Shown here one piece after another: positions 1-15,000 of a stretch of DNA of 64,000 nt. Each line of letters begins with the position of its first letter. Within the stretch, counting starts at the first letter, position 1. This DNA is from an uncultured Coriobacteriaceae bacterium (GTDB lineage: Bacteria; Actinomycetota; Coriobacteriia; Coriobacteriales; QAMH01), in assembly GCA_964388185.1 (NCBI GenBank), contig CAYLYJ010000001.1:25873-89872 (forward strand), written 5' to 3'. Under the pieces are notes generated by a model. That model was not told where the DNA came from. It did not search any database and worked only from the letters and a program-made list of their open reading frames with translations. The translations under genes were made by a program, and so were the position numbers.

Positions 1-3000
1 TCCATAACTGGAACATGAATGCCGGCACGAGCTATACCAACATGTTCCTCAATGACCTCAAGCTGACGCGAATCGATCTTGGCCCCCAGACCTCGTTTGG
101 CCATGACGCCGTCATCCAGTCAAGCACCTGGGGCAATACCGAGGGTTATGCGGCCAATGCCTCCCAGACCTGGACCATTACCCCGACTGGCAATGGCCCC
201 GTGACCATCACCATCGCTCCTGGCTCCGCCACCGAGTCTGCCTCCTACGACTACATCCAGTTCTGGAAGAACGTGACGAGCGCCAATCCCAGCGCCACGG
301 GCAGTGCCTCGGGTAAGCTCGGCGGTGCCAACATCGCTGGCAAGACCTATACCTATAGCGGTGTCTCGAGCCTCGTGGTGAGCTTCCGCTCCGACGGCTC
401 GGTGCAGAAAGCCGGCTTCAAGCTTTATATCACCGGCGGCAAGGTCACGGCATCCACGAACGGTGGCGTCTACGCTAATGTGGGCAACGATCTCGGAGTC
501 TTTGGCCCGCAGTATCCGCTGTGCGACGAGGGCAAGGGCGCCTGGCTCGAGTACCATCGCAACCCGGTCGAGGAAGATCCCGATACCTACGACACGATCC
601 ATCGCGATTATGGCGATTGGTTCGGTGCTCGACTTGCTCTTCTTGAGCACCACAAGACCACCAAGGGTCGCTACACGTACGTTTGGGATAAGGACTTCAT
701 GGGTGGCCGTCTGGCTGGCAACGACCACGTGTGGTGGTACTACACCGAGGAAGGCCATACGCGCCCCGAGGGCTACGTCGTCAAGCCGAACTCGCTCGTG
801 ATCGGTGCTGACGAGGGCTATCCGCCCGAAGACCTGACCGTCGACCTGGATCGCGCCACGACCAAGTTGCCGTGGGAGAAGATTGTGCCGGCTGGCGTCG
901 TCAAGCACGTGGCCACCATCGGCGGCTGGCGCGCGATGACGCTCAACCAGTGGTTCGCGGGCAATCACGACTTCCTGGCCGACGGCCTGCTCGACAAGGC
1001 CAATTGGGGCAATTCGGGCTTCAACTACATCAGCATTTCCAACCCCGCCAGCAACGCCGTTGATTTCAACTTCTACGACAACAATGGCGATGGCGCTGCC
1101 TGGCTCAACATTGGCAATCTGCGCGCTGGTGAGACGTATTACCTGCACATGACCTATTACTGGGATGCTTCCAGCATGAACCAGTGGAACTACCAGAACA
1201 ATCGTGGTTCCAACAGCAACGTGAATTTCCGCATTGCGATGGGTAGTTGGACTAACCAATGCCTGGGCCAGGCGCTGTACACGAACCGCACGAGCGGCAA
1301 TGGCGGCCTTACCAACTGGTACAAGCTCACCCCGACGGTGACCGGCACCTACTACCTTGGCTTCACGCTGCCGGGCAACGTCAACTTCAGCTGGAGCTCC
1401 ACGCTGCACCTCAGGGACCTCGAACTCGTCTACACTGGTAATACGAACAGCCCCAACCTCGTGTCCAATGGCAACGAGTACTTCAGCTACGAGAGCTTCA
1501 GCACTAAGCTCAACACGCGCTACACGACGAGCGACGGCAGGAACTACACCTCGCTTTCCTCCGTGCAGGACTATGTGGCCAAGCATCCAGGTGTTACCTA
1601 CACGGACACCTCGTACTACACGTATCCGCGCTCCACGAGCTCGAGCTACGTGACGGCCTACAATCGTCCGCCGGGATTCTTCGAGAACCTCGAGACCTTC
1701 GACGGCTCGGGCATCTACATGGACGACTGCCGCAGCGTGAACAAGATCTTCGAGGATTGCTCGAAGCTCACGGAGATCAACATCCGTGGTTGGTCCATCG
1801 ACGATGACGTGACCACCAAGGGTGCCTTTGACGGCGTCAATAAGCTCCAGCGCATCATCACGGACAACGGCACCTCGCTCACCGTCAAGAACGACGGCTT
1901 CATCAAGCAAATCCCGACGCACAATAACGGCGCGTGGATCGCCACGGAGGTTACGACCGACGATGACAACCCGAAGTACGACAGCGGCAAGAACCGCGTC
2001 TACGAGGGCATGCCCGTCAAGACCGTGACGCCGACCACCTCCACGAAGCGCAGTCTCGAGACGCTGTACGCCTACACCAATGGCGGCACCGACCACGGCA
2101 TCGTCACCTGGGAGTGGAAGTACGGCACGATCGTGAGCTTCGACGCCGTGCACCCGGCTGCCGCCGGCGAGATCCCCGAGGTCTTCCTCGAGGGTGGTCA
2201 GACCATCACCTTCGTCGAGAAGGATGACAAGAGCAAGTGGGTCGTATTCCCGAGTGGCGAGGAGTACCCGGTCTTCACCATGGACGGCTACGTGCTGCGC
2301 TACTGGAACACCGTGGCCAACCCCGCGACCGACAAACACGGCCGCCCGACGCAGGGCAAGGAATACGCCTACGGCGACAGTTACACGGCCCCCAACGTGG
2401 GCAACGACGACGCCGAGGAAGTCACCTTCTACGCGCAGTGGTACAAGGACGCCGACGTCATCGTCAAGTTCGTCATCGACGAGAAGGGCGGCGTGACCGG
2501 CGGCACGAGCGAGAGCAACGTCGGAAGCGACAAGGACATCACGACCGGTTACCTCGAGATCTCCGGCATGAAGGTGGGCGACACCTTCACGCTGTTCAAC
2601 GGCAAGGATTCCGGCCTGTCCATCTACGACCCGGCGCTGGGCTACAACGTCGACATGGACAGCTACGTGCACTTCAACCGCCCGGGCTACAACCTGATCG
2701 GCTGGAGCTTCTACGTGCGCCACGTCAACTCCGACGGCACCGTGACTGGTGGCACGTACAGCATCTACTTCAACGAGACCGACCAGACGACGCGCCTGTT
2801 CCTGCCGTTTGACGCGAGCGCCACCGATACCGTGGTCGTCGACACCTTCTACGCCCTGTGGGCGCCGAAGACCGGCTACACCGTCGAGTACATCGCCCCG
2901 GAGTCGAGCTACAAGCTGCCGAACAAGACCGGCGTCTCCTACACCGGCACCAACCTGCTTCCGTCCAACACCTCGCAGCTCGTGAACCCCGGCTACCGCC

Positions 3001-6000
3001 TGAAGGGCTGGTACGCGCTGGATGCCGCTGGCAACCGCATGACCTTTGCCGATGGTAGCGACCTGGTCACCAACGCCATGCGCTTCCGCGACCTGGCTCT
3101 CTCCGCCGACACGGGTGACGTGCTGCGCCTGTACGCCGAGTGGGTCGAGGGCGACATCACGATCAGCTTCGTTCCCAACAACAGCAACTACGGCAGCGTC
3201 TCCAAGCCGAGCCTGGACGTGCGCCTGACCAACGGCGATGCGGCCAACGGCTTTACCGTCGCGGCCCCCTCCAAGAAGGGCTACCACTTCCTGCACTGGA
3301 TCAACGATCGTGACGACGCCACCTACACCAACTACGTGCTGACCGGCGACCAGATCAAGGCCGTGGCCTACCTGGGTGGCAAGTGGTACACGACGACCTT
3401 CACGGCCGTGTTCGCCCCCAACGAGTACACGATCACCTTCGATCCGGGCGAGGGCGGCCAGGGCAGCATGCCCGACCAGAACGCCACCTTCGGCGTGAAC
3501 TTCGTCGTGCCGAGCGCGGGCGACACCACCGGCATCTACCGCGATGGCTACGTGTTCTTAGGCTGGATGACCGACGAGCCCGAGAACCCGAGCGACCCGA
3601 CGACGCCGCGTCAGCTGGCACCGGGCGCCAACATCGCCGACTTCCTCGCCGCGCACGGCGCTACGATCACGCTGACCGCCCTGTGGAAGCCGCAGGACAT
3701 CACCGCGACGTGGATTGCCGGCAAGGGCGGCAAGGTTGCCATCGCCGGTGCCGAAGGCAACGCGACGGGCAGCATCACCAAGGGCTACACGCGCAACGCG
3801 CCGGCGCTGGACAACGTACGCGCCATCGCCGATGCCGGCTACCGCTTCGTGGGCTGGCACATCACCGGCAACGACGACGTGCTGTCGACCGAGGCGCTGC
3901 TCAAGCTCGTGCGCCCCGACACGGGCCTGTGGCCGCTGTCGCAGAGCTTCACGGCCGTGTTCGAGCCCATCAAGTACATCATCGACTACGACTGGAGCCG
4001 CAACCCGCAGGGCGACCAGCTGGCCGAGGGCACGCTGCCCAGCCAGCAGGAGAAGACCTACGGCGTGGAGATCACGCTCGGCTCCATCACCGACCCGGAC
4101 ACCGGCGAGAAGGTTCTCGAGCGCGAGGGTTACATCTTCGCCGGCTGGGTGACGCGCGATGGCCTGCATCTCTTCGACGAGAACGGCAAGCTCACCATCG
4201 ACCTCTCCACGGTCGAGGGCGAGGTCATCTACCTCTTCGATAGCTGGACCCCGACCACCTACACCGTGACCTACTACCGCGGCAGCGACACGGCCAAGGG
4301 CACCATGCCGGTGCAGACCTTCACCTACGACGTGCCGCAGACGCTGCTCACCAACCAGTTCACGCGCAACGGCTACCGCTTCGTGGGTTGGTCGAAGAGC
4401 CTGTATGGCCCGATTCTGTACACGCAGGATTCCAACGGCGTGGGCGCCATCGTGACCAATCTGGGCAAGGACGGCGACAACATCGTGCTGTACGCACGCT
4501 GGGAGAAGGTCGATAGCTACTTCGTCACCTTCGACATCGACGACACGTCCAAGAACATGGCCACGATCGTCATGCCGCCGAGCTACGACCCGTACTACGG
4601 CGTGCAGGTCAAGAACGAGGGCTTCGTGTCCTCGGCCCAGGAGCCGACCTTCAACCAGACCCAGGACCAGATCGACAAGGAATACTACCTGAGCTTCTGG
4701 CGCTACACGATCACGCACGAGGACGGCACGGTCGACACCGGCATCACGCAGGATGTCAAGCGCATCGCCATCACCGGCGTCGCGCACTTCTCCGCGCACT
4801 TCACCTCGGGCCGCAAGTACATCGTCGTGTACGAGCCGGGCGAGCAGGGTATCTTCCCGGCCGTCGACAACAAGACCTACTTCTGGGATCTTGAGCCGAG
4901 CCTCGAGGGCCATCCGAGCTACGTGCCCGCGTTTGGCGACCAGCAGGCCGGCAGCAGCTACGACCCGACCTTCTTCGACACCGCGCAGTCCAACCCGAAG
5001 AACATCAACAAGCCCAAGGGCACGCCGGGCTACGAGTTCCTCGGCTGGAAGTGGACCGACAAGGACGGCAACACGCGCTATAGCTACGACGTCACCGACT
5101 CGACCGGACTGGTCATCATCGCCAAGACCCCGTTCCCGGCCGAAATCATCGATCAGAGCTACACCTTCATCGCCATGTGGCGCGCCTCGGAGGTTACGGT
5201 TTACCTCGACCCCAATGGTGGCGGGTTCATCCTCAACCCCGACGGCACTCTCACCAACCCGGATGCAGCCGGCGACTTTAGCATGACGCCTGGCGAGGTT
5301 CTCGCCACCGCCACGCAACTCACCGGCAATGCCGTGCTGCTTCCGGGTACCATCGACGCTGACGGCAACGCCCACGTGGACGGCCTCATGGAGCGCGAGG
5401 GCTTCAAGTTCCTCGGCTGGACCGACAAGCCGACCGGCGAGGTCATGTGGCAGCCGGGCGAGAACGTGCTCGCGCACTACGGCCTCGTGATCTACGCCGT
5501 CTGGGAGAAGTACACCTACGTCATCCACTTCAACAGCAACGGCGGCACGGCCGTGCCCGACAAGCGTGGCGTGGCGTGGGCCGACCGCAACGTGCTGGCG
5601 GGCGTGACCGAGCCCAAGAAGGACGGCTACACCTTCGACGGCTGGTACGTCGTCAACCCGAACGACCCGAAGTTCGACCCGACGCTCGACAAGATCTCCT
5701 ACACCGTCCCGTTCGCCGACCTGGCCCGCTACATCAAGCTGAGCTACATCGACGCGCTGGCCGACGGCGTGACGCTGTACGCCAAGTGGCGCGAGAACGA
5801 GGGCGTCATCAAGTACGTGCCCGCCATCCGCAACGAGGACGGCACCTTCACCGAGACCGCCGGCGGATCCGTGAACCCGAAGGAAGAGACGATCTTCATT
5901 ATCAGCCCGCTGGCTGCGCAGGGCTCCACGGCCAAGGCCGGCACCGGCTTCCACTTCGTGGGCTGGTACGACGCGGCCGGCAAGCTGCTGTCCACGTCGC

Positions 6001-9000
6001 TCGAGTTCGCGCCGACCAAGGGCGAGTACAACACGACGGGCCAGTACTGGGGCGATGAGGACCACGCCATCTACTACGCGGTGTTCGCTCCCAACAGCTA
6101 CATCATCGAGTTCGTCGTCAACGGCGGCATCGGCCGCATGGAGGCCATCGAGGTCAACATCGGCGAGGCTCGCAACTTGCCGCTCGTCGAGGGCCAGATG
6201 GCCCGCGTGGGCTACGTCTTCGACGGCTGGTGCACGCGAGCCGACGGCAGTGGCGTGCACTACGCCGATGGCGCGCAGATCTACAACCTGACGACCATCA
6301 ACGGCGGAGTCATCACGCTGTACGCCACCTGGAAGGGCCTCGACTTCAAGCTGACGCTCAACTCCAACGGCGGCAACCCCAACCCGTGGGACGGCGTGGC
6401 CAACCCGCCCGTGAGCTACGACGTGTCCGGCAACGTGGTCTACACGATGACCGCCGGCAGCTCGATGCGCCTGCCCGACGTGATGACCTTCGTGCGCGAG
6501 GGCTACACGATGGACGGCTGGGTCACGACGCCCAACGGCGACGACCTGATCGAGCCCGGCAGCATCTTCTGGATGCCCGGCGGCGACGTGACGCTGTACG
6601 CGCACTGGGTGCCCATCGACTACATCATCCGCTTCCAGCCGGGTGCGCCCGACGTCGAGGGCGCTGAGGACATGGTCGACGTGACGGCCAGCTTCGACCG
6701 CACGCTGTACCTGCCGGCCAACACCATGACCCGCGAGGGCTACGCGTTCTACCACTGGACCACGAAGATCAACGGCGTGACCTACACCTTCGAGGACATG
6801 GAAGGCGTGCTCAACCTGACCAAGACCGCCGGCGAGATCATCACGCTCACCGCCGTGTGGACCGCTCTGCCGCACAACGTCACCTTCGATGCAGGCGAGG
6901 GCGGCACCTTCGAGGGCATCGCCAACCCGCAGGAAGTCAAGAACGGCGACACGCCCGACATGAGCGGCTTCAAGGCCGAGCGCGAGGGCTACCAGCTCGT
7001 CGGCTGGACCTACGAGATGAAGATGGGCGGCAACCATGTCGAGACCGGCAGCACGTCCGATCCGTCCACCGTCAAGATCTGGGGCGACACCGTGTTCACC
7101 GCCGTGTGGGGCGGCCCGCGCGTCGTCGTCTACCTGCCCGGCAACCACGGCACCTTCGATCCGTACATCACGACCACCGGCTTCGAGACGATGTACACGG
7201 AGCTCCCCGCGGGCGCGACCGGCGAGCGCTACCAGTTCCACGGCACGATGACCGAGGACGGCATCCCCACCGGCGACGAGGGCTGGACCTTCGTCGGCTG
7301 GATCCGCACGGCGCTCGACCATGACGGCAACGACATGGGCGAGAAGCTGCTCATCCCGTACGACGAGTGGCGCGACGATCCGATCGACGTGCTCGGCAGG
7401 ATCGGCGACGACGAGTACACCGTCGTCTTCACCGCCAAGTGGTACAAGCCCTTCACGCTGACCTACGACCTGCTGGGCGGCGGCGAGTGGAAGCCCGACT
7501 ACGACTTCGGCTACGAGCGCCAGGGCGACGACCTGCCCGTCAAGCTCACCGTGGGCGCGGGCGAGATCGTGAACGTGCCGACGGCCGAGGCGCTGCTGCG
7601 TGCCGGCTACATGTTCGAGGGCTGGGCCACTTCGGTCGAGAACGCCGAGAACCACATCGTCGCCTACCCCGGCTTCGACGAGGACGGCAACCTGTGGACC
7701 GAGTTCGAGATGCCCGAGAACGACATGACGCTGTACGCCGTGTGGACGCAGCGCGAGTACCGCGTGCACTACGCGACCGGCGGCGGCACCTACATCGGCG
7801 TGCAGATCTTCCACTGGGATGACGATCACCTGATCCCCGCGGACGATCCGATCTGGCCGGGCTACGCGTTCAACAACTGGTACACCGCCGACAACTCCGA
7901 CACGGCGCCCGCCGACGGCCCGAAGGGTCAGCGCATCTACGACACGACCAAGATCTGCGACTTCCTGCTCAACGAGGAGATCACGGACATCATCCTGTAC
8001 GCGTGGTTCGTGCCCGGCAACGCCACCATCCACTACCTGGTGGACGGCGAGGGCGGCACCGTCACCAACCCGCGCGACGTGGACATCTCGGCTTCCGATG
8101 GCGTGCCGACCGGTTCGACGGCCGTGTCTGCCCCGGGCTACCAGTTCATGGGCTGGTACGACGCCAACGGCAAGCTCGTCGCCACGACCGAGAAGTTCGT
8201 CCCGCAGAAGAACGCCGACGAGGCATGGCTCGACGGCCTGACCTTCTACGCCAAGTTCGTGTACCAGCAGTACACCATCATCTTCGACTCCAACGAGGCG
8301 ACCGAGGGCAAGCTGCCCGACCAGCTCGTCGCCTTTGACGAGGTCGTCACCCTGACCCCGAACGCCGACCGCGTCAAGCGCGACGGCTTCAAGTTCATGG
8401 GCTGGACCAAGCAGCAGCTGCCCGCCTTCATGACGATGGACGAGCTCAACGACGCGCTGGCCGCTGACAACCTGACGCTGTACGAGGACGCCGCCACCGT
8501 CATCAACCTGCCGGACGGCAAGAACCTCGTCGTCACGCTGTACGCCGTGTGGGTCAACGTGGGCCACAAGGTGCACTACAACCTGGACGGCCAGGAGGAC
8601 TTCAACGATGACCGCTTCCTCGGCTACATCGACGACGAGGACAACGACATCCTGCACCAGACCGGCACGAACGTGACGACGCTGGCCAAGGACAAGACGC
8701 ATGGTGCGCACCGTAACGGCTACAACTTCGTCGGCTGGCGCTACCTGGATTCGATGGGCGATTGGCAGAACATCGGCTTTGGCGAGGACTTCGTCATGCC
8801 GAACCACGACGTGACGCTCACCCCGCTGTGGGAGCCGATTAGGTACACCGTGGTCTTCGTTCCCGGCGACGCCGCCATCGACCAGGACACCGGCGAGGTC
8901 ACCATCGGCAGCACCTTTGCCTACGACGTGCTCGGCCAGTACGCCAGCGACGTCTACCTCAACTACGACGCGAGCGGCAAGCCGTACTTCGCGGTCCAGG

Positions 9001-12000
9001 TCAGCTTCGGCGAGCTCTTCGACGCCAACTCGCGCTTCTTCCGCCCGAGCTACGACTTCCTCAAGTGGAACGTCACCGGCACGAACGGCTGGGGCGAGAG
9101 CAAGGACGGCGAGTACGAGGCCGGCTGGTACCAGGACTTCTCGAACCTCGACGGCTCCTACGTGCTGTTCACGGCCGTGTGGTCCGGCAAGAAGGTGACC
9201 GCCAAGTTCGAGAGCTATGACGAGGTCACGGGCGGCAAGATCACCGGCCAGACGACGCAGAGCGTCTACACCGGCGAGCCGGTCGACTACGACGCCATCA
9301 TCATCACGCCCGAGTACAAGAAGGCCCTGGCCTACTGGATCGCCCGCGTCACGCTCGTGGCCGAGGACGGCACCACGTCGGTCAAGGAGCTCACGCTGCT
9401 GCCGAGCGAGATCGCCGAGTACGCGCTCGAGGGCAACACCGTGTTCACCGCCTACTGGACCGACGCCAACGAGGTGTGGTACTTCGAGGGCACCTTCGGT
9501 GACTTCTACGAGGATCACGGCCATCTGGCCGGCCACGGCAGCGGCGAAGAGGGCAAGACCCGCTTCACGCACGCGGTTGCCGGACAGCCCATCCCCGCCT
9601 ATGACGGCATGGCCAACGGCCTGCCGCGCTCCGTCGTCGTCGAGCGCGACGGCAAGGAAATCGCCTACGCGTTCCTCGGCTGGGCGCTCGCCCTCATGGA
9701 GGACGGCAGCGTCAAGCGCGACGCCGAGGGCCATGCGATGTACCAGACCAACGCCGACGGCACGCCGTACTTCTTCCGCGACAAGGACGGCAACATCGTG
9801 ACGGCCGCCGACCTGTCGGGCTACGACCTGACCGGCGACCTGTTCCTCGTGGCCATCTGGAAGGAAGGCGACTTCACGATCGAGTTCGATCGCAACGACC
9901 CGCCGCAGCCCAACGCTTCGGAGCTTTCCGGCGTCGACTTCAACACCGGCGAGATGCCGAGCCAGGTCATGGCCTACGAGACCGTGCTGCCGCTGGCTCC
10001 CAACCAGTACAACGCCATCGGCTACGAGTTCGTGGGCTGGGCCACGATCGCCCAGAGCCCGTACGCGAAGGACTGGAAGACGGACAACATCGAGGCCGAC
10101 ATCCTGAGCAAGCACGGCAAGTTCTACGAGAACCAAGCGCTGTTCGGCCCCGAGACGCTGGCCACCGTGCCCTACGGTGACTCCGTGCAGCTCTACGCCG
10201 TGTGGCGTGTGCGCAGCTTCACCGTGACCTTCCTGGTCTCCGGCGACAACTACGGCGGCGTGCTCACCGACAAGAGCGGCAACGTCTTGAACGAGGGCGA
10301 CCCGCAGCTCACGCAGAACGTGCCGTACCTGGGTCATCCGAGCTCCGAGGACCTGCGCCTGCGCGCCAACGAGTATCCCGACCTCAACGCCTACTACGTC
10401 TTCGCCGGCTGGAACTACGAGGTGACGCTGCCCGACGGCACGAAGATCACCGGTACCTTCCCCGAAGAGGGCGAGATTTCCTCCATCACCGTATACGGCA
10501 ACACCATCGTGCGCCCGATCTGGGAGCGCCTGCACACGCTCGTGTACCAGCCCGGCGAGTACGGCGACTGGGCCGAGGACTCCATCTACCAGATCAAGCT
10601 GCGCGCCGAGAAGGATCACCTCGTCGACTTCAAGACGCTCGGTGGCCCGCTCGACCCGACCTTCACTACGCCGCTTGACTACGGCGACGGCAAGGGCGCC
10701 CTGGTGCGCAGCATGCCGCGCTCCAACAACCCGGACTACATGTTCGATGGCTGGGTCGGCAACGACGGCAGCTTCTACCAGACCGTCGAGGAAGTCGTGA
10801 ACGCCTACATGACGCGCGGCGACCTCGAGCTCACCGCCAACTGGGTGCGCAAGCCGGTCATCATCCACTTCGACGTCAACGGCGGCACCCCGACGCCGGG
10901 CTCCACCGCGACAGAAGACCGCGAGGCGATCCCGTACGAGCACATCACGCTGCCGTTCAGCTCGACGCTGACCAAGGCCGGCTACTACCTGGCCGGATGG
11001 ATGTACGACGGCAAGCTCTACAAGGTGGGCGAGCACAGCTCCGACGAGTTCGCCGTTCCGCGCCTGGGCGCCACGCTCGTCGCCTACTGGGCCGAGAACC
11101 TCGCCCAGCTCACCTTCAAGGCCGAGGCCACGAACACGACCGGCGCCGGCTACATCGTCTCCGACTACGGCTACAAGACGACGCATGATCCCGGCTGCGG
11201 TGCCGACGGCAAGGTCGGCAACGGCTGGTGCTACTGGCACGGCCTGCAGGGCTGGTACTACGACGACGCCGAGGGCCATCGCGTGGTCAAGGTCTCCGGC
11301 TTCAAGGACGAGTGGTGGCACGGCAACCTGGGCACCGTCGACATGGTCATCAACCCGGCCGTGCAGCCCGACGGCTCGATGTACCAGAAGTGGTACGACA
11401 CGCTGCAGTTCCGCGTGAGCGGCATCACGGGCGAGACCCGCGGCTGGCTGCCCGAGGACTCCACGCTCAAGATCCAGGACACGCCGATCAGCATCACCGC
11501 TGTCGCGCGCACCGGTTATCACTTCCTGCACTGGGTCGACGTGCATGGCGTCGTCGTGTGCGAGACCCCGACCTTCGTGGCGCCGGCCGGCTCCTCGGGC
11601 GTGTGGGTGGACGCCACCTACTACGCGATCTTCGCCGAGGACCAGGACGTCACCATCAAGTACGAGGTCGACGATCCCGACCATGCGTGGCTGAGCCGCG
11701 ACAAGGAGACGATCGCCCCGTCGACCGGCACCGCCCAGGGCACGAACGTGCGCCTGCTGCCGGGCTACGAGGTCATCGGCTGGGCCGTCGACGGCGACTT
11801 CGACAACCTCATCACCGGCGTGGGCCCGTCGCTCAACGACTTCATGCCGCCGCGCTACGGTGCCGGCCTGAACCCGGGCGCCCAGATCTTCTACGATCCG
11901 GCTGACCCGACCAAGGGCGGTCACACCTACACGGCCGTCATCAAGCCGCTGCCGCACATCGAGTTCACCGTCAACCACTACTTCCAGAAGACCGACGGCT

Positions 12001-15000
12001 CGCTGAGCTTCGACCTCAAGCTGACCGAGCAGCTCGACGGCCCGTACGGCACGCGCGTCGACGTGCGCGCCGAGGACGTGGTCGAGGGCGGCCAGACCGT
12101 GCGCAAGTGGCACATCTACCAGATCGACGACGCGGGCAACATCGTGCTCGACGGCTACTACGACGCCAACGACCGCATCGTGTCGTACCTCTCCGCCGAT
12201 GGCTTCAACTGGCTGTACGCGCAGGACATCAGCGCGCAGACCGCCACGGGCATCATCGGCCGCGGCGCCGACGCCCTCGTGCTCGACCTGTACTACCTGC
12301 TCGACCCGCGTAACGTGGCCACCATCGGCTACCAGGTCATCAACCTGCCGCACACCGGCAATGACCCGTACGGCAACGGCGACTACGGCTCCACCGAGCC
12401 GACCTTCGAGCTCATCGCCGCCGGCGCGGCGGGCCGCCCGAACGGCTCGACCGTGACCGTGCCCGACGGCTATGACTTCCTCGGCTGGTTCGCGCACTCG
12501 CTGGCCGACATCGAGGGTGGCATCCCGCCGCTGTCGACCGACCTCACCTTCGTCCCGACGCTTCCCGCCGAGGGCCTGAAGGCCGGCGACGTCGTCTACT
12601 ACTACGCGATCTTCCGCGAGAAGACCGACATCGTCATCGACTACAACTTCGCGCCGAGCAACGGCGGTTCCGTCTCGCTCGAGCATGACAGCTTCGCGCC
12701 GGTGACCGGTCACCCGCAGGCCGTGTACGCCACGCCCAAGCCCGGCTACCGCTTCAGCCACTGGGTGCGCGACGACGGTCTGTGGATCGCCGCCAACGGC
12801 GCCGCCATCGATGGCTCCGATGCCTGGACGAGCGTGCCGCAGGGCACCTCGCTCATGGGCTCGACCTTCTTCCCGCAGCACATCGACGGCTCCTACATGA
12901 GCTACAACGGCCACACCTTCACCGCGCGCTTCGTCATCGACGACGTGAACTTCACCGTCGTGCGCTACAAGGTGATCGAGGGCCACGTCGTGACGATCAA
13001 CGACGACGGCACCATCAACTGGGACGTCAACACCCCGACCGAGACCGTGAAGCTGTCGGCTCCCGCCAACTCGCGCGTCAAGGTGCTCTACGATGACGCG
13101 ACCGCCAGCTACTACATCGCCGGCGTCGACATGGCCGGCACGAAGCTCGACGGCGGCCTCGAGCACTTCTTCACCGACTGGCTGGGCTACCACTACCTGC
13201 CCAACTACGAGCTCTCCGTCGAGAGCGGCGTGGTCGTGGCCGACGGCAGCCTGACGCTGCGTCTGTACTACGAGGCCGACCCGAACATGCTGTTCAAGGT
13301 CGAGCGCTGGGTCTACAACACCGGTAACCCTGCGAGCCCCGTGACCGACCCCGTGCTCTTCGACACGACCAACTACGGCGGCGAGTTCAACAACAACGGC
13401 GCGTCCACTGACACGTGGCGCACGCTGCAGCTGCTCGCGAACGCGGGCGAGACCGTGCTCGCCGGTAACGTTGGCATCCTGGCCCCGGCCGGCTACCAGT
13501 ACAAGTCCGACCCGCTCGAGGTGCTCACCGGCATCGTCGCGGGCGACGGCAGCCTCGTGCTGCGCATGTACTTCGAGGCCATCGAGAACGGCTCGAGCTT
13601 CAAGGTCGAGCACTGGCTCGTCGACGGCCAGCACAACGCCAAGCTCGCCGACGGCGACCCGCAGACCGTCACGGGCGTGACCGCCGGCACGATGGTCACG
13701 ACCGACCCGAGCACCTTCATCCCCGCCGAGAACGGTCACCCGGGCTACACCTACGCGCCCGAGGCGCAGATCTGGATCAACGGCACGCTCACCACCGTGA
13801 AGTCGCAGACCTACGAGCTGTACGTGCGCGGCGACGGCACCACGGTGCTCAAGCTCTACTACGTGGCCGATGACCGCAAGCTCGCGTTCGACCTCGGCGA
13901 TGGCGACTGGGCCGACACCTTCGAGGGCGACCGCGGCCCGCGCGACATGCAGACCGGCAGCAAGACGACCCTGCCGACCACCGGCGACCTCAACCGTACC
14001 GGCTACACCTTCGTCGGTTGGTACATCACCAACGAGGGCACCGACGTCTCCGGCACGACCTCCATCGAGATCGCCGACCGCCTGAGCGACCCGACGCAGA
14101 CCACGAGCGGCTTCTTCGTCCCGGGCAGCGACTTCGTGATGCCCGAGCTCGACATCGACTCCGAGTTCCTGCAGCTCATCGGCACCGACTACGTGTACAC
14201 GCTGCACGCGGTGTGGCGCGCCATCCCCGCGACCTACACCGTCGAGGTGTGGAAGCAGAACGGCGACGGCTCGCTCGAGCGCGTCGAGATCGAGTTCGAG
14301 GAGGCCGACGACGATGGCCTGCTGACGGGCGTCTTCGGTGACACCATCGACTTCAATGACCCGAGCAATCCCTTCCGCGCATGGGGCGTGGGCGGCAATA
14401 GGCAGACCGAGGCACTGGGTGACAGCTACAAGATCACCGCGCCTCTGGGCTATGCCTTCAACCCGAACCTGGTTCTCACCGGCAACGAGACCATCAGGGG
14501 CTTTGACAAGACGCTGCCCACCCTCAACTCCGTGAACTCGCTCGTGCTCGACAAGGTGTCCGGCAACGTGCTGTACCTGTTCTTCACCGCCATCCCCGAC
14601 GGCGTGGAGTACACGGTCAACCGCTACATCGTCCTGCCGGACAAGTCGACGACCTACGAGGTCGACAAGAACGGCAACCGCCTGTGGCGCAACGCCGACG
14701 GCGAGGTGCTCGACGGCGAGAACGGCAACGTCGTGCCGAAGGAGGAGCTGGGCAGCTGGCTAATCATCGTGCGCGCCACCGCCGGCGAGGTATGCCGCGC
14801 GGTCACGACCGACGTGCTCGACGCGCTGGGCATCCCCTACAACCCGACCGATGACCATGTCGTGTACGACGGCGTGAACTACTTCATCGTGCGCAACAAC
14901 ATCCCCGGCTTCGCCTATGCCGTCGACCTGTCGAGCTTCCACAACGTGGGCCGCGTCGAGGGCGACAGCTCCACCGTGATCAGCCTGTACTTCGACGCGA

